NCBI GenBank assembly: GCA_005223125.1
Contig: NJBH01000023.1
Coordinates: forward strand, 1 to 61,161
Direction of reading: 5' to 3'
Origin: Promethearchaeota archaeon Loki_b32
Lineage (GTDB): Archaea > Asgardarchaeota > Lokiarchaeia > Sigyniarchaeales > SOKP01
DNA: 61,161 bases
Part shown: piece after piece, positions 28,732-38,482 of the stretch
Layout: each line of letters starts with the position of its first letter
Numbering within the stretch: position 1 is the stretch's first letter
Notes under the pieces: model-generated
Databases searched by the model: none
Told to the model about the DNA's origin: nothing
The model's input: the letters and a program-made list of their open reading frames with translations, nothing else
Program-made: the position numbers and the translations under genes

Positions 28732-30618
28732 CTAATAATTTAAAAGCTTTTGTAATTCTAGAATTTGTTGATCAATTCTTTGAATTAATTCATTAATTTT
28801 TATCTTTTTTTCTTGTAACTCCTCAGATGTTATTTCCCCTGTAAGTTCTTGCATATCTAAATCTAAAGACATCTTTGTAAGGTTAGCTTTTTTAATTCTA
28901 AGTTCTAATAATGACTTTTTCATATCGTCTTTTTGTTTAACTTCAATTAATGGGGTTTTTTGTTGTTGTACATTAATCTTTGATGAAGTAATTGGTTCTA
29001 CAGGTGTAACAGGCTTCTTCGGAATATCGTTTTCTATAGGTATCAACGTCTTTTTTGGCATTTCAGGTGTTTTGGATGGAGTAGGGGAAATTCTATGTTT
29101 TTGCTCCATTAATTTAAGGGGAGAAACAGGAACTGGGGCTTTGGGTTTGTCAATTGGTTTTGCTTGACCATAAGGTGATATTGTTAATTTAGATTTTGCA
29201 TCTTTTGGAACCATTCCTACAGATTTTGGTCTCGCTTTTACCATGAAGTCTTCTGGGTTTAACTTTAGACTAATCCTCTCCTGTGATGCTACAGATGCTT
29301 TAGGTTTGGTCGCATCTCCAGTTATTTTTACACTAGATTCAGGTAATTCTTCACTAGTATCTAATTTACTGCTTTTAGATATTTCAATTGATTCTTGAGT
29401 AATGGGTGTATCTTGAGGAGGTAATTGAGGCGTAGGGGGAGGAGATACTGTTTTTTCTAATATTGGAGCTTTATCAAGTGTAATGGGTTTAATTTTTTTT
29501 TCTGGTTCCTTTTGGATTACCTCCTGTTCTGATTCTTCTTCGAGAATACGAGTTGCTGGTGTAGGTGGGGGTGCACCAATCTTTTTTAACATATCTTTTA
29601 TTTTTTGGGATTTGTCAAAAAATTCTCTTCCCAATGAATCATCTCCCAATTCTATACACAAATCACTTATTTTATCAAATAAAAAGGCTGCTTTATTGAA
29701 ATCAGCACTTTTTAAAGCTTTTACAGCTTCCTCAGTTAATTTATCTCTCTCAAGTATTGGTTTTAAAAGAGGTGAGACCTCCGCGCTCATTTCTAAAACA
29801 TCAGCAATAATTTGGATCATTTTATTACGATTATCTGGTTCTAAAGCTATCATGGAGTAAGTTTTCAACCCAAGAACGTTTTCTATTTGAACAGGATTCA
29901 TTGCATTTTCCAAATCTTGTTTATTACCAATTACTGCGGATTGGGCATAAGGGGCTTGTTCTTTTATTAATTCTAAGAAATATTTACTTTTTTCAACATT
30001 TTCTAATGTAGAATCAGTAATTAAAAGAACTGCATCACTTCCCTTGATAAAATTGTTCCATAAATAACTAAATTGTTCCTGTCCAGCGAAATCCCATAAA
30101 TGAAAATGTAATTTTCCTATTCTAATAGTTGCAATGTCTCCTGTAATTGTTGGTATATGTTGCATAGGAATTTCGTCTGCTTTAATTAATTTGGTAATCG
30201 TGGTTTTCCCAACACCAGAAAATCCAATTAAAGATATTTTAGGGCGCAAATTTCGATGGATTAAATCGATGGTAGGATCAAAAACTTCGAAGGTTTTGGC
30301 ATCAAAGCGGTGTTGTAATATATCTTCAAATAGATTCAAAAATTCAGTTTTACACTTAACCAATTCCTTTTTTATATTTTCAAATTTATCAGTTAAACTT
30401 GTCACAAATAAAAAGATCAGATTTAGTTCTTTTTCTGTTATATATGCAACTCTAAATTTATAATAGTCATGAAAATCAATCGTTGATTCACTTCTAATCA
30501 ATGTTTCATTGATGATATCTTCTACTAGAAGGTTTAAAACTTCTTCCTTAAGAGCTTTCCCAAAGTGTCTATAATATAAAAGTTCATTACCTCTGTATAT
30601 AAACACTTGTCTTAAAAT
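28732..30618 (-). CDS. Longin-like domain + Arf/Rag-like small GTPase + helical segment + Pro-rich linker + C-terminal coiled coil
   Basis: GFSGVGKTT, PTI, WDFAGQ, NKQD; N-terminal longin-like alpha/beta region; probable start slightly upstream of the ORF-track GTG at 30606. Confidence 0.85.
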   Translation of the reverse strand: MLRQVFIYRGNELLYYRHFGKALKEEVLNLLVEDIINETLIRSESTIDFHDYYKFRVAYITEKELNLIFLFVTSLTDKFENIKKELVKCKTEFLNLFEDILQHRFDAKTFEVFDPTIDLIHRNLRPKISLIGFSGVGKTTITKLIKADEIPMQHIPTITGDIATIRIGKLHFHLWDFAGQEQFSYLWNNFIKGSDAVLLITDSTLENVEKSKYFLELIKEQAPYAQSAVIGNKQDLENAMNPVQIENVLGLKTYSMIALEPDNRNKMIQIIADVLEMSAEVSPLLKPILERDKLTEEAVKALKSADFNKAAFLFDKISDLCIELGDDSLGREFFDKSQKIKDMLKKIGAPPPTPATRILEEESEQEVIQKEPEKKIKPITLDKAPILEKTVSPPPTPQLPPQDTPITQESIEISKSSKLDTSEELPESSVKITGDATKPKASVASQERISLKLNPEDFMVKARPKSVGMVPKDAKSKLTISPYGQAKPIDKPKAPVPVSPLKLMEQKHRISPTPSKTPEMPKKTLIPIENDIPKKPVTPVEPITSSKINVQQQKTPLIEVKQKDDMKKSLLELRIKKANLTKMSLDLDMQELTGEITSEELQEKKIKINELIQRIDQQILELQKLLNY

Positions 30619-30657
30619 AATATATCACCAAGATAATAAAAATTTCCTTCTTTAAAG

Positions 30658-31149
30658 TTAATTTGAAATATGTTTAACTAAGTCTTTAATAATGGAATAC
30701 TTATCTTTTCTTACTTTTTCTCGTTCCAATGTTTCTTCAATTTTAGAAACTTCTTTTGAAAAATCGAAGAGAGAAAATTTTTTAATCTCCTCTTCCTTAA
30801 CACTTAGACTCAGTTTTTTCAAAAATACACTAATACTTGGCATAAATTTAGCCAAATTTACATTCAAATCTAATTTTGATATTAATATTAATTCTTCACT
30901 AAAAGTAAACAGGTAATTATATTCTTGTGCCTCTAACGCAAAGGAATTTATCTTATTTAAGTTTAATTCATTAGCTATTTCTTTAGAATTTGAAATCAAT
31001 GATAAGATCCCTTGAGGGATAACTTTACCTTTTCCAAACTCTTTTATTAACGATCCTAATATAATTCCATATTTATTTGCTATAGCACATTCAGCATTAA
31101 GCTCAGATTTTAATTGAGAGATTATCTCCTCGTATTTAACTTGATTCAT
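30658..31149 (-). CDS. Roadblock/LC7-like (or profilin-like fold) protein
   Basis: AIANKYG.ILGS...A.EL...LILIS...VNL pattern; directly upstream of the longin-GTPase on the same strand. Confidence 0.6.
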   Translation of the reverse strand: MNQVKYEEIISQLKSELNAECAIANKYGIILGSLIKEFGKGKVIPQGILSLISNSKEIANELNLNKINSFALEAQEYNYLFTFSEELILISKLDLNVNLAKFMPSISVFLKKLSLSVKEEEIKKFSLFDFSKEVSKIEETLEREKVRKDKYSIIKDLVKHISN

Positions 31150-31262
31150 AATTAAGAGATATTGTTTTTAAATAAATAATGAAAACCTATTTATTTATAT
31201 TTGTTTAGTTATTAGGCTCATTATATAACTAATATTTTAATAATTTTAACTCATAAAAATAC

Positions 31263-32060
31263 TTGAAAACCTACAAAACACGTTTTTTAGAAAAGGAATC
31301 TGATGTTACAATCATTTCTGACTCTAAAAAAGCTATTTTGAGGGCAAAAGAGAGTTTCTTTTATCACCGTAAAATTTTAGAAGAATATATCTCAAAGGAT
31401 AAACATTTTCTGAGTTCTTTTTCTCCGATTAAGGTAAAAACGAACTTAAAAATTATTAAAATTATGGCGAATGTGGCAGAAATTTGTAATGTCGGACCAA
31501 TGGCTTCTGTAGCTGGAGCATTAGCTGATTTAATGCTTGGAAAAATGATGGTCCAATATGATAATCAAAATTCAGAAACCATGCCTTGTAATATCGCTCT
31601 AGTTGAAAATGGAGGTGAGATAGCAATTGACTCCAAAGAATCAATAAAAGTTGCGTTGTATGCTGGTAAAAATGAGCTAAATTTAAATTTAGGCTTTCTC
31701 ATAAAAAATAAAGATTGTCCCATAGGAATAGGTACTAGTTCTGCAACTATTGGGCACGCGATTAGTTTAGGACAAGCTGACGCAGTTACGGTTTTTGCCA
31801 AAAAAGCAGCTTTAGCAGATGCAGCTGCTACAAGAATTTGTAATTTAGTTAAAGGTACTGATATAGAAAGTTCGATAAAAAGAGGGTTAGATATTGCTGA
31901 TGACTTAGATGGTATAAGTGGAGTCTTAATTTCCCGTAAAGATAAAATAGGCCAAATTGGAAAACTACCTCAATTAATAAAGATAGAGGGTTCTAAAAAT
32001 CGCATCTTAGAAAAAAAAATTGAAGAGATCTTTATTGATAATTCTGAAATATTTAAATAA
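31263..32060 (+). CDS. UPF0280 / ApbE-like family protein
   Basis: GPMASVAGA, VENGGEIA, GTSSAT.GHAISLG.ADAVTV...ALADAAAT. Confidence 0.9.
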   Translation: MKTYKTRFLEKESDVTIISDSKKAILRAKESFFYHRKILEEYISKDKHFLSSFSPIKVKTNLKIIKIMANVAEICNVGPMASVAGALADLMLGKMMVQYDNQNSETMPCNIALVENGGEIAIDSKESIKVALYAGKNELNLNLGFLIKNKDCPIGIGTSSATIGHAISLGQADAVTVFAKKAALADAAATRICNLVKGTDIESSIKRGLDIADDLDGISGVLISRKDKIGQIGKLPQLIKIEGSKNRILEKKIEEIFIDNSEIFK

Positions 32061-34332
32061 TCCAGAATAAAGGTGTTTCTTTTCCACTCTCTGTTCTTGC
32101 AGAATAGATTTTATTTAGATAACCAAGTCTATAGTATTGTTCTGATTCCTCTTTTGTTAACTGACCAAATAATTCAAATCCTTTATTTATAATATACTCA
32201 CCTGCAAAAATCAAAAACACATCTGTATTGTATTCCTCTTTAATTTCTTTTAAAATATTAATCCCACTATCATTAACATGATTGCTTGGAGGAAATAAAT
32301 CTATATTATATTTTAAAAAATAAAAGTTTTCATCATAAAGAAGTACTTCCGTTTTTTTATCAAAAGGGTAACCATAATACTTAAATGCATGGCTCCAGCC
32401 AAATTCAGTAATAATAACATTTTTATTTGAAGTATTATTTGAATACCATTGAATTGGGCGGATATCTCTCTCTTTTATAAGGAAAACATCAAAAGCATTT
32501 GATTCATAAAAGTATGTGGTAAATAGTGAAAATATTATAATAAATAAAACTACAAATTTCTTTTGGAATATCGAATGTGATTTTATAAGTTTATAAATAT
32601 ATGATATAAAACCAATTACGACAATAGGAGGGAGTAAATAGAGTATTCTCTGCCAAATCATATTAGTTAATATTAATAAATTAAATGCAATCCCAATTAT
32701 CAAAAATAACAATAATCCTATCCCCCAAATTAATAACGACTTTCCTCTTTGCTTCTTTTGAAATACAATTAATCCCCAGATTGCGAAACTACTTATCATA
32801 ACTATTTCAATCACATAGAAAATATTTATTAGTTCTATACTCATCCATACAAAGTCTACTACTAATAAAACAATAAGGACAATAATTAAAATGCTCGAAA
32901 TAAACGGAATTATTATCTTATCTTCTACACTTTTATAACGAACGTTTGTTTCTCCTCTAATTGTAGCATTAAACTTTCCATTTGTAAAACTGATTGATTC
33001 TCGTATCTTCCAAATAAAAATAAACAATACTAAACCTCCACCCATAACTCCCAAAATAAGAAGATACCAGGGTATATTCAGTGGTATAAAAAACCAGTAA
33101 TGTCCTTCTCCAATACCGAAAGTAGAAAAAATAATAAATAACCCCAATAATCCACATAAGAGGATAAAATCAAATCCTCTTCTAAAATCTCTTATGAAAT
33201 AAATCAAATATAACCAGAGAAAAGATAATAAGAAAAATAATGTAGTAATGTCATGAGTAAGAACTGAACTGATGAAAACTAATATAATTAAAATATAATC
33301 AAAAAAAATATTTGAAACAAGTGCTTTTTTAGTAGGACGTTCTAATTTGGAAAAATTCTGTAATCTTACATAAAGGAGGAAGAATATCATTAAACACTTT
33401 ATTAAAGCTGAACCAGAGGGCCAATACTGAATCATCATCGCGGAAAAGCCTAGAGAAGAGAATTCTAAAAGAAAAACTCCAAATATTGCTAAGTTTTGAT
33501 TTTTAAAAATTCTCATACAAATGTTATAAAAAATTAACCCTGATACAAAGAATGTATAAAAAGTAAAATATTTCGGGATAAGTGTGTGATTTATGCCAGA
33601 AAAGAAATTAATTACCGCACCAAATATGTTTAATCCCATAGTTCTGTGATAACCTTCTAAAGGTAATATATTGATATCAGTAATAATTCTACTATTAAGT
33701 ATGTGAAGCCAAGGATCAGTTCCAACAAAATAATTAACTTTAACGATGTTTAAAATACAAATAAGGAATAAAAAAATAACTAACAAAAGTACATTAAAAG
33801 AAATTAAATTTTTGAGGTAATTCCATAAAGAATAAATATTATAGTTTTCTTTCCTTAGAATTGAAATATCTTTGGATCTAAAAAAAACAAATGAATTTTT
33901 CTTGAATTCCAAAATTATTATAAAGCCTATTATTAAAAAGAATAATATTACTACTGAAAAAAAGAAAAAGAACCTTGTTATTGGGATATTTACCAAATAT
34001 CCAAGATATCCCATAAGTATGTAAAAAACTGAATTCATAACGATTGTTAAACTTAATTTCTCTAAAAAATTAAAAGATTTACCCTTGAATATAATGAAAA
34101 AAATGGGATAAGTAGGTAAAAATAAAATAGTGAAGATTGTACTTATAATGACTAATGTATGAAATAGGGAGTCTAAAAACAGAATTTCTGTAATACCTAA
34201 TATTAAATTTAAATTAATGATTTTGAATAGAATAAATATCAGAGACAATATAGAAACTAAAAAGACAAATAAATGAATTCTTGAGTTTAGAATAAACAGA
34301 ATTCTTTTGAATTTATTTCCAGAGATTTCCAT
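32053..34332 (-). CDS. Polytopic membrane protein, probable GT-C fold glycosyltransferase
   Basis: Many TM helices; GTDPWLH luminal-loop motif; soluble C-terminal domain; glycan-island context. Confidence 0.6.
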   Translation of the reverse strand: MEISGNKFKRILFILNSRIHLFVFLVSILSLIFILFKIINLNLILGITEILFLDSLFHTLVIISTIFTILFLPTYPIFFIIFKGKSFNFLEKLSLTIVMNSVFYILMGYLGYLVNIPITRFFFFFSVVILFFLIIGFIIILEFKKNSFVFFRSKDISILRKENYNIYSLWNYLKNLISFNVLLLVIFLFLICILNIVKVNYFVGTDPWLHILNSRIITDINILPLEGYHRTMGLNIFGAVINFFSGINHTLIPKYFTFYTFFVSGLIFYNICMRIFKNQNLAIFGVFLLEFSSLGFSAMMIQYWPSGSALIKCLMIFFLLYVRLQNFSKLERPTKKALVSNIFFDYILIILVFISSVLTHDITTLFFLLSFLWLYLIYFIRDFRRGFDFILLCGLLGLFIIFSTFGIGEGHYWFFIPLNIPWYLLILGVMGGGLVLFIFIWKIRESISFTNGKFNATIRGETNVRYKSVEDKIIIPFISSILIIVLIVLLVVDFVWMSIELINIFYVIEIVMISSFAIWGLIVFQKKQRGKSLLIWGIGLLLFLIIGIAFNLLILTNMIWQRILYLLPPIVVIGFISYIYKLIKSHSIFQKKFVVLFIIIFSLFTTYFYESNAFDVFLIKERDIRPIQWYSNNTSNKNVIITEFGWSHAFKYYGYPFDKKTEVLLYDENFYFLKYNIDLFPPSNHVNDSGINILKEIKEEYNTDVFLIFAGEYIINKGFELFGQLTKEESEQYYRLGYLNKIYSARTESGKETPLFWII

Positions 34333-34344
34333 AATAGCTTTTTT

Positions 34345-35316
34345 CTATTTTATCTTTAAATCAAACTTATATTTCTTGCAAAACCATTGAAAATAATCTC
34401 TTAGTCCCTGTTCTTGAGTGTATTTTGGCTGAAATTTTAAAATTTCTATTGCCTTTGAAATGTCAGCAAAACTGTGTATGATATCTCCAGGTCTAGGAGG
34501 ATCATAGATGATTCCTAATTCCTCCTTATTTGTGAGTTTTAACATAAGTTTCGCAAGATCTAACAATTTTATTGGAGAACCCGCACCAATATTAAAAATT
34601 TCTCCTGATAGTTTATTTTCAGCAGCTAAGATATTAGCTTGAATAACATCTTTTATGTATGTAAAGTCTCTTGACTGGTTACCATCACCAAATATTATCA
34701 AACTTTCATTTTTTATTATTTGACCCAACCAGATTGCAATTACTCCACTATATGGAGAATCCTGTTGTTTTGGCCCAAAAACGTTAAAATAACGTAATGA
34801 AATTGTATTTAATCCATAAACATGATGAAAAACCTGCATATATGATTCGCATGTTAGTTTAGATACACCATATGGAGAAATTGGTATTCTTGACATTTCC
34901 TCTTTTTTAGGTAGTGTTGGAGTATCTCCGTATACTGCTGAACTCGAAGCAAATATAATTTTTTCAACATCCCTTTTTCTTGAAGCATTTAATAAATTTA
35001 AAGTACCATTAATATTAACATCATTACATGATTCTGGCATTTTTATTGACTGAGGTACACTTGTAAACGCTGCTTCATGATAAATTATATCTATATCTTT
35101 AAATATATCCAATAAAAAATTAAAATCTCTTATATCTCCTTTATGGAATTGAAAATTTTTATGATTTAAAGCCTCATCTAAGTTCTCTAACCGTCCATTA
35201 AAGAAATTGTCAATACCAACTATATTTGCGCCCAATTCGAGTAAATAATGTGTTAAATTACTCCCTATAAATCCAGCAGCTCCAGTAACTAAGATTCTTT
35301 TATCTTTAATTTTCAA
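34345..35316 (-). CDS. NAD-dependent nucleotide-sugar epimerase/dehydratase (WbpP/GalE-like)
   Basis: TGAAGFIG, SSSAVYG, YGVSK, RYFNVFGP, RDFTY. Confidence 0.93.
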   Translation of the reverse strand: MKIKDKRILVTGAAGFIGSNLTHYLLELGANIVGIDNFFNGRLENLDEALNHKNFQFHKGDIRDFNFLLDIFKDIDIIYHEAAFTSVPQSIKMPESCNDVNINGTLNLLNASRKRDVEKIIFASSSAVYGDTPTLPKKEEMSRIPISPYGVSKLTCESYMQVFHHVYGLNTISLRYFNVFGPKQQDSPYSGVIAIWLGQIIKNESLIIFGDGNQSRDFTYIKDVIQANILAAENKLSGEIFNIGAGSPIKLLDLAKLMLKLTNKEELGIIYDPPRPGDIIHSFADISKAIEILKFQPKYTQEQGLRDYFQWFCKKYKFDLKIK

Positions 35317-35419
35317 TTTATTCCACTTAAAATATTAAGTCTGATTTTACCATTTAAAATTACATATCATATAAAAATGTTCATAAAGAAAAATTGATTA
35401 AGGGTTATAATAGATTTAT

Positions 35420-36556
35420 TTAACTTAAATCTAAAAGATATTTCATAAATTCTTCCTTATATTCTTTCGGAAGTTTGTTTGGTCTTTTTAAATTTAAGGC
35501 GGAATGAAGTTTTGTTTTTATTAAAATTAGTATCGGGCCATCCCGATTTTTAATATTATCAAGAGAATCTAACAATTGTTCTTTTGTCTCAATTTTAATA
35601 CTCCATCTGTAATTCGATGCAATTGCCAAGTCTTCAAATTTAATGATTGAAGAATTCGTTGGTTGACTTCCAGTAGATTCATGTGCTTCATTATCTATAA
35701 TTATATGAACAAAATTTGTAGGAGAATATTTTCCTATCGTTGAAAATGCACCCATCTGCATAATAGCTGCACCATCTCCATCGAATACAATGATTCTTTT
35801 TTGTGGTTTTTGAAGTGCTATACCTAATCCAATAGAACTAGCGCACCCCATAGAGCCAATATTATAAAAACTTTTATAGTGATCTTTTTCATTTGATTCT
35901 CTATATTCAAATAATAATCTCGAAATATAACCAGTATTGGAAATAATGATTTCATCTTTAGATAAACTGTTTAAAATTAAGTGAATTACTTCTTTTGTAG
36001 TTAAACTATATTTATTCGATATTACTCTCTTCATTTCATAATTTTGAAAGAAGTTTCTTCGAAATATTAAAGCAAAGGGGCCCTTTTTCTTGTCAAAATA
36101 TTGTAAGGCTTTATTAAATTCTTTTTCAATCTTTTGGGCATTTGGCTCTAATATGGCATAAGGAATTTGGAGAGTTTCTAATAATGGCAATGTAATTTTA
36201 CCCATTTTTTTATGTTGTGGAGCATCTTTTTTATTAGGTTCACCTCGCCAGCCAATCATTAAAAGAATAGGAATTGAATATATCTCAGGGTCGCATAACG
36301 ATGTAAGTGGATTAATAGTTTTTCCAAATCCAGAATTTTGCATGTAAACAACTCCTATTTTATTGGTTGCTAAATAATATCCTGCTGCTATAGCAATTGC
36401 TTCGCATTCATTACACGCAATTATATTTTCAAAGTTTTCACCCTGATTATCGGTTAGAAATTTCATCAAATCCTTAAATGTCGAGTCTGGAATTCCAGTA
36501 AAAAAGGTTAAATTATGCTCATTTAAGATATTGAAAAACTGTTCGCAAGAAATCAT
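35420..36556 (-). CDS. aepY: Phosphonopyruvate decarboxylase
   Basis: FTG.PDS..K, NE..A...AAG, YMQNSG.G...NPL.SL, GWRGEP...D.PQH, GSMG..SS..LG, DGDGA..M, N..HES.G.QP. Confidence 0.93.
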   Translation of the reverse strand: MISCEQFFNILNEHNLTFFTGIPDSTFKDLMKFLTDNQGENFENIIACNECEAIAIAAGYYLATNKIGVVYMQNSGFGKTINPLTSLCDPEIYSIPILLMIGWRGEPNKKDAPQHKKMGKITLPLLETLQIPYAILEPNAQKIEKEFNKALQYFDKKKGPFALIFRRNFFQNYEMKRVISNKYSLTTKEVIHLILNSLSKDEIIISNTGYISRLLFEYRESNEKDHYKSFYNIGSMGCASSIGLGIALQKPQKRIIVFDGDGAAIMQMGAFSTIGKYSPTNFVHIIIDNEAHESTGSQPTNSSIIKFEDLAIASNYRWSIKIETKEQLLDSLDNIKNRDGPILILIKTKLHSALNLKRPNKLPKEYKEEFMKYLLDLS

Positions 36557-36562
36557 TTTTAT

Positions 36563-37297
36563 CTATGAAATTTTATAATTTTGTTTATTTTTATTTAGGT
36601 AATTCTTTACTCCTTCTAAATCTTCATGATCATCAATTTCAACACAAAATTCATCATAATAACAAGGTTTTAAAATAAGAAGATCTAAAATTTCATTTAA
36701 AGCATCTTCAGCATAACAATTTACTTTACTGTTGTTTATAAAATCTTCAATTTCTTGTAGCCATCTTAACATAAATTCTTTAGACAATTTATATAATGGT
36801 GCTAAGAAGGCAGTATTATTCCCTTTTAAATTAACTCCAATTTTATAAACTCTGTTGTTCATTATTATTGACTTAAAATCTTTTTCTGGAGGTGGGATGT
36901 CTCTATTAACTAAAACACAATCCTTGTTATTAGATTCAATTAATAATTTTACTAAATTTTCAGAAAAGATTAAATCTCCATGAGAATACAAGACATCATC
37001 ATTTATAATGTCCTTAGCTAAATATAAAGAATAAATGTAATTTGTTTTATTATAAAGTGGATTATTCACATATTGAACTTTAATTGAAGGATAATGTTGT
37101 TTAATATGCTTTTTAATTCTATTTTCAAATGGACCTGTAGTAATGATAAAATCTTTAAAACCTAATTTTAATATATTCTTTAATTGATGATCCAAGATTG
37201 TCTCATTATTCCTTATTTTAACAAGACATTTTGGCGTATTATTAGTCAAAGGAGCTAATCTCTTACCAATCCCAGAATTTAACAATATAATTTTCAT
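36563..37297 (-). CDS. LicC/PntC-like phosphonate or phosphocholine cytidylyltransferase
   Basis: SGIGKRL..LT...PKCL, NP.Y..TNYIYSL, HGDL, EIDD.EDL; inside the phosphonate operon. Confidence 0.85.
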   Translation of the reverse strand: MKIILLNSGIGKRLAPLTNNTPKCLVKIRNNETILDHQLKNILKLGFKDFIITTGPFENRIKKHIKQHYPSIKVQYVNNPLYNKTNYIYSLYLAKDIINDDVLYSHGDLIFSENLVKLLIESNNKDCVLVNRDIPPPEKDFKSIIMNNRVYKIGVNLKGNNTAFLAPLYKLSKEFMLRWLQEIEDFINNSKVNCYAEDALNEILDLLILKPCYYDEFCVEIDDHEDLEGVKNYLNKNKQNYKIS

Positions 37298-38430
37298 TTA
37301 ATATCCTTTAAGATACTTCTTAATTGGGTTTCTGTTAATAATCTTGGATTATTTTTAACTCTTTCAGGGTTAAATCCATTTTTAATTATAATTTCTCTAT
37401 CCTCTTGATTTTTTATGCCTAATTTTCCAAGGTTTGTTTCTAATCCAACATCATCAATTAATTTTCTAACTTTATCTTTTGCCTCCATAAAATTAGAAAC
37501 TCCTAAGAGTGATATCAGCTCTTTCATAGTTTTTTTAACATAATCAACTCCACGAGGATCTTTAATATCTTCATTACTAACTCTTGAATTAAAAATAATC
37601 ATAGAGGGTAAAGTTAAAGCTACAGCATGTCCATGTGGTACTTTAAAATAAGAGGTAATTGGATATGAAATAGCGTGACAGGCTGTAGTTTTTGTTATAT
37701 TTATTGCCTTACCAGACAAATTTGCAGCAATTGCCATGTTGTATCTAGAATCTCTACTAGGATTTTGAAATGCAGTCAAAATATTACTCATTATCAATGC
37801 TATTGCCTTTTTAGAATAATTTTTTGATTCACTTGTAGAATTAATATTCCAATAGGATTCAATAGCTTGTGTAAATGCATCTAAACCTGAAGTTGCTGTT
37901 AGATTCTTGGGTAAACTTTCAGTAAATTGAGGGTCGACTATAACATATTCAGGCTGCATGTAATCAGAATCTCCTAACGAATATTTATTTTTATCTATAT
38001 AAACAACAGCAAAATGAGTTGCTTCACTTCCGGAACCCGCCGTTGTGGGAATTCGAATTAAAGGAACCCCCTTCTTTTTTATCCTTTTTTGTTTAAGAAC
38101 ATATTCTTCAGGAGAACCATTATTAGTTGATAAAATCGAGATGCATTTACCCATATCTAAAACTGATCCTCCTCCAACAGAAAGAATCACATCAAATTCT
38201 TGCTCTTTAAATAAATCTAATCCTCTTTTTATATCATTAATTTTAGGATTTGGAGAAAAATCATTAAATTGAAAAAAATCATGATCCTTAAGAATTTCGA
38301 GAATAACTTTTTTTATGATAGTTTTTTCAAAAGAGTCCTTTCCAGTTATTAAGAAAATTTTATTGAATGAGGATTCTTCAAGTATTTTCCTTAATTTATT
38401 TATAGAATTAAATCCTAAGTATTCAATCAT
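37294..38430 (-). CDS. Iron-containing alcohol dehydrogenase; probable phosphonoacetaldehyde reductase (PhpC/FomC-like)
   Basis: GGGSVLD, PTTAGSGSEAT, DA..QAIES, TTACHA.SY, PHGHA, NNPR; located between PEP mutase and Ppd. Confidence 0.85.
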   Translation of the reverse strand: MIEYLGFNSINKLRKILEESSFNKIFLITGKDSFEKTIIKKVILEILKDHDFFQFNDFSPNPKINDIKRGLDLFKEQEFDVILSVGGGSVLDMGKCISILSTNNGSPEEYVLKQKRIKKKGVPLIRIPTTAGSGSEATHFAVVYIDKNKYSLGDSDYMQPEYVIVDPQFTESLPKNLTATSGLDAFTQAIESYWNINSTSESKNYSKKAIALIMSNILTAFQNPSRDSRYNMAIAANLSGKAINITKTTACHAISYPITSYFKVPHGHAVALTLPSMIIFNSRVSNEDIKDPRGVDYVKKTMKELISLLGVSNFMEAKDKVRKLIDDVGLETNLGKLGIKNQEDREIIIKNGFNPERVKNNPRLLTETQLRSILKDIK

Positions 38431-38482
38431 ATTCTAGGTTAATTTAATTGGAATTATAAAGATATAATTTAATTAGTTTTAA

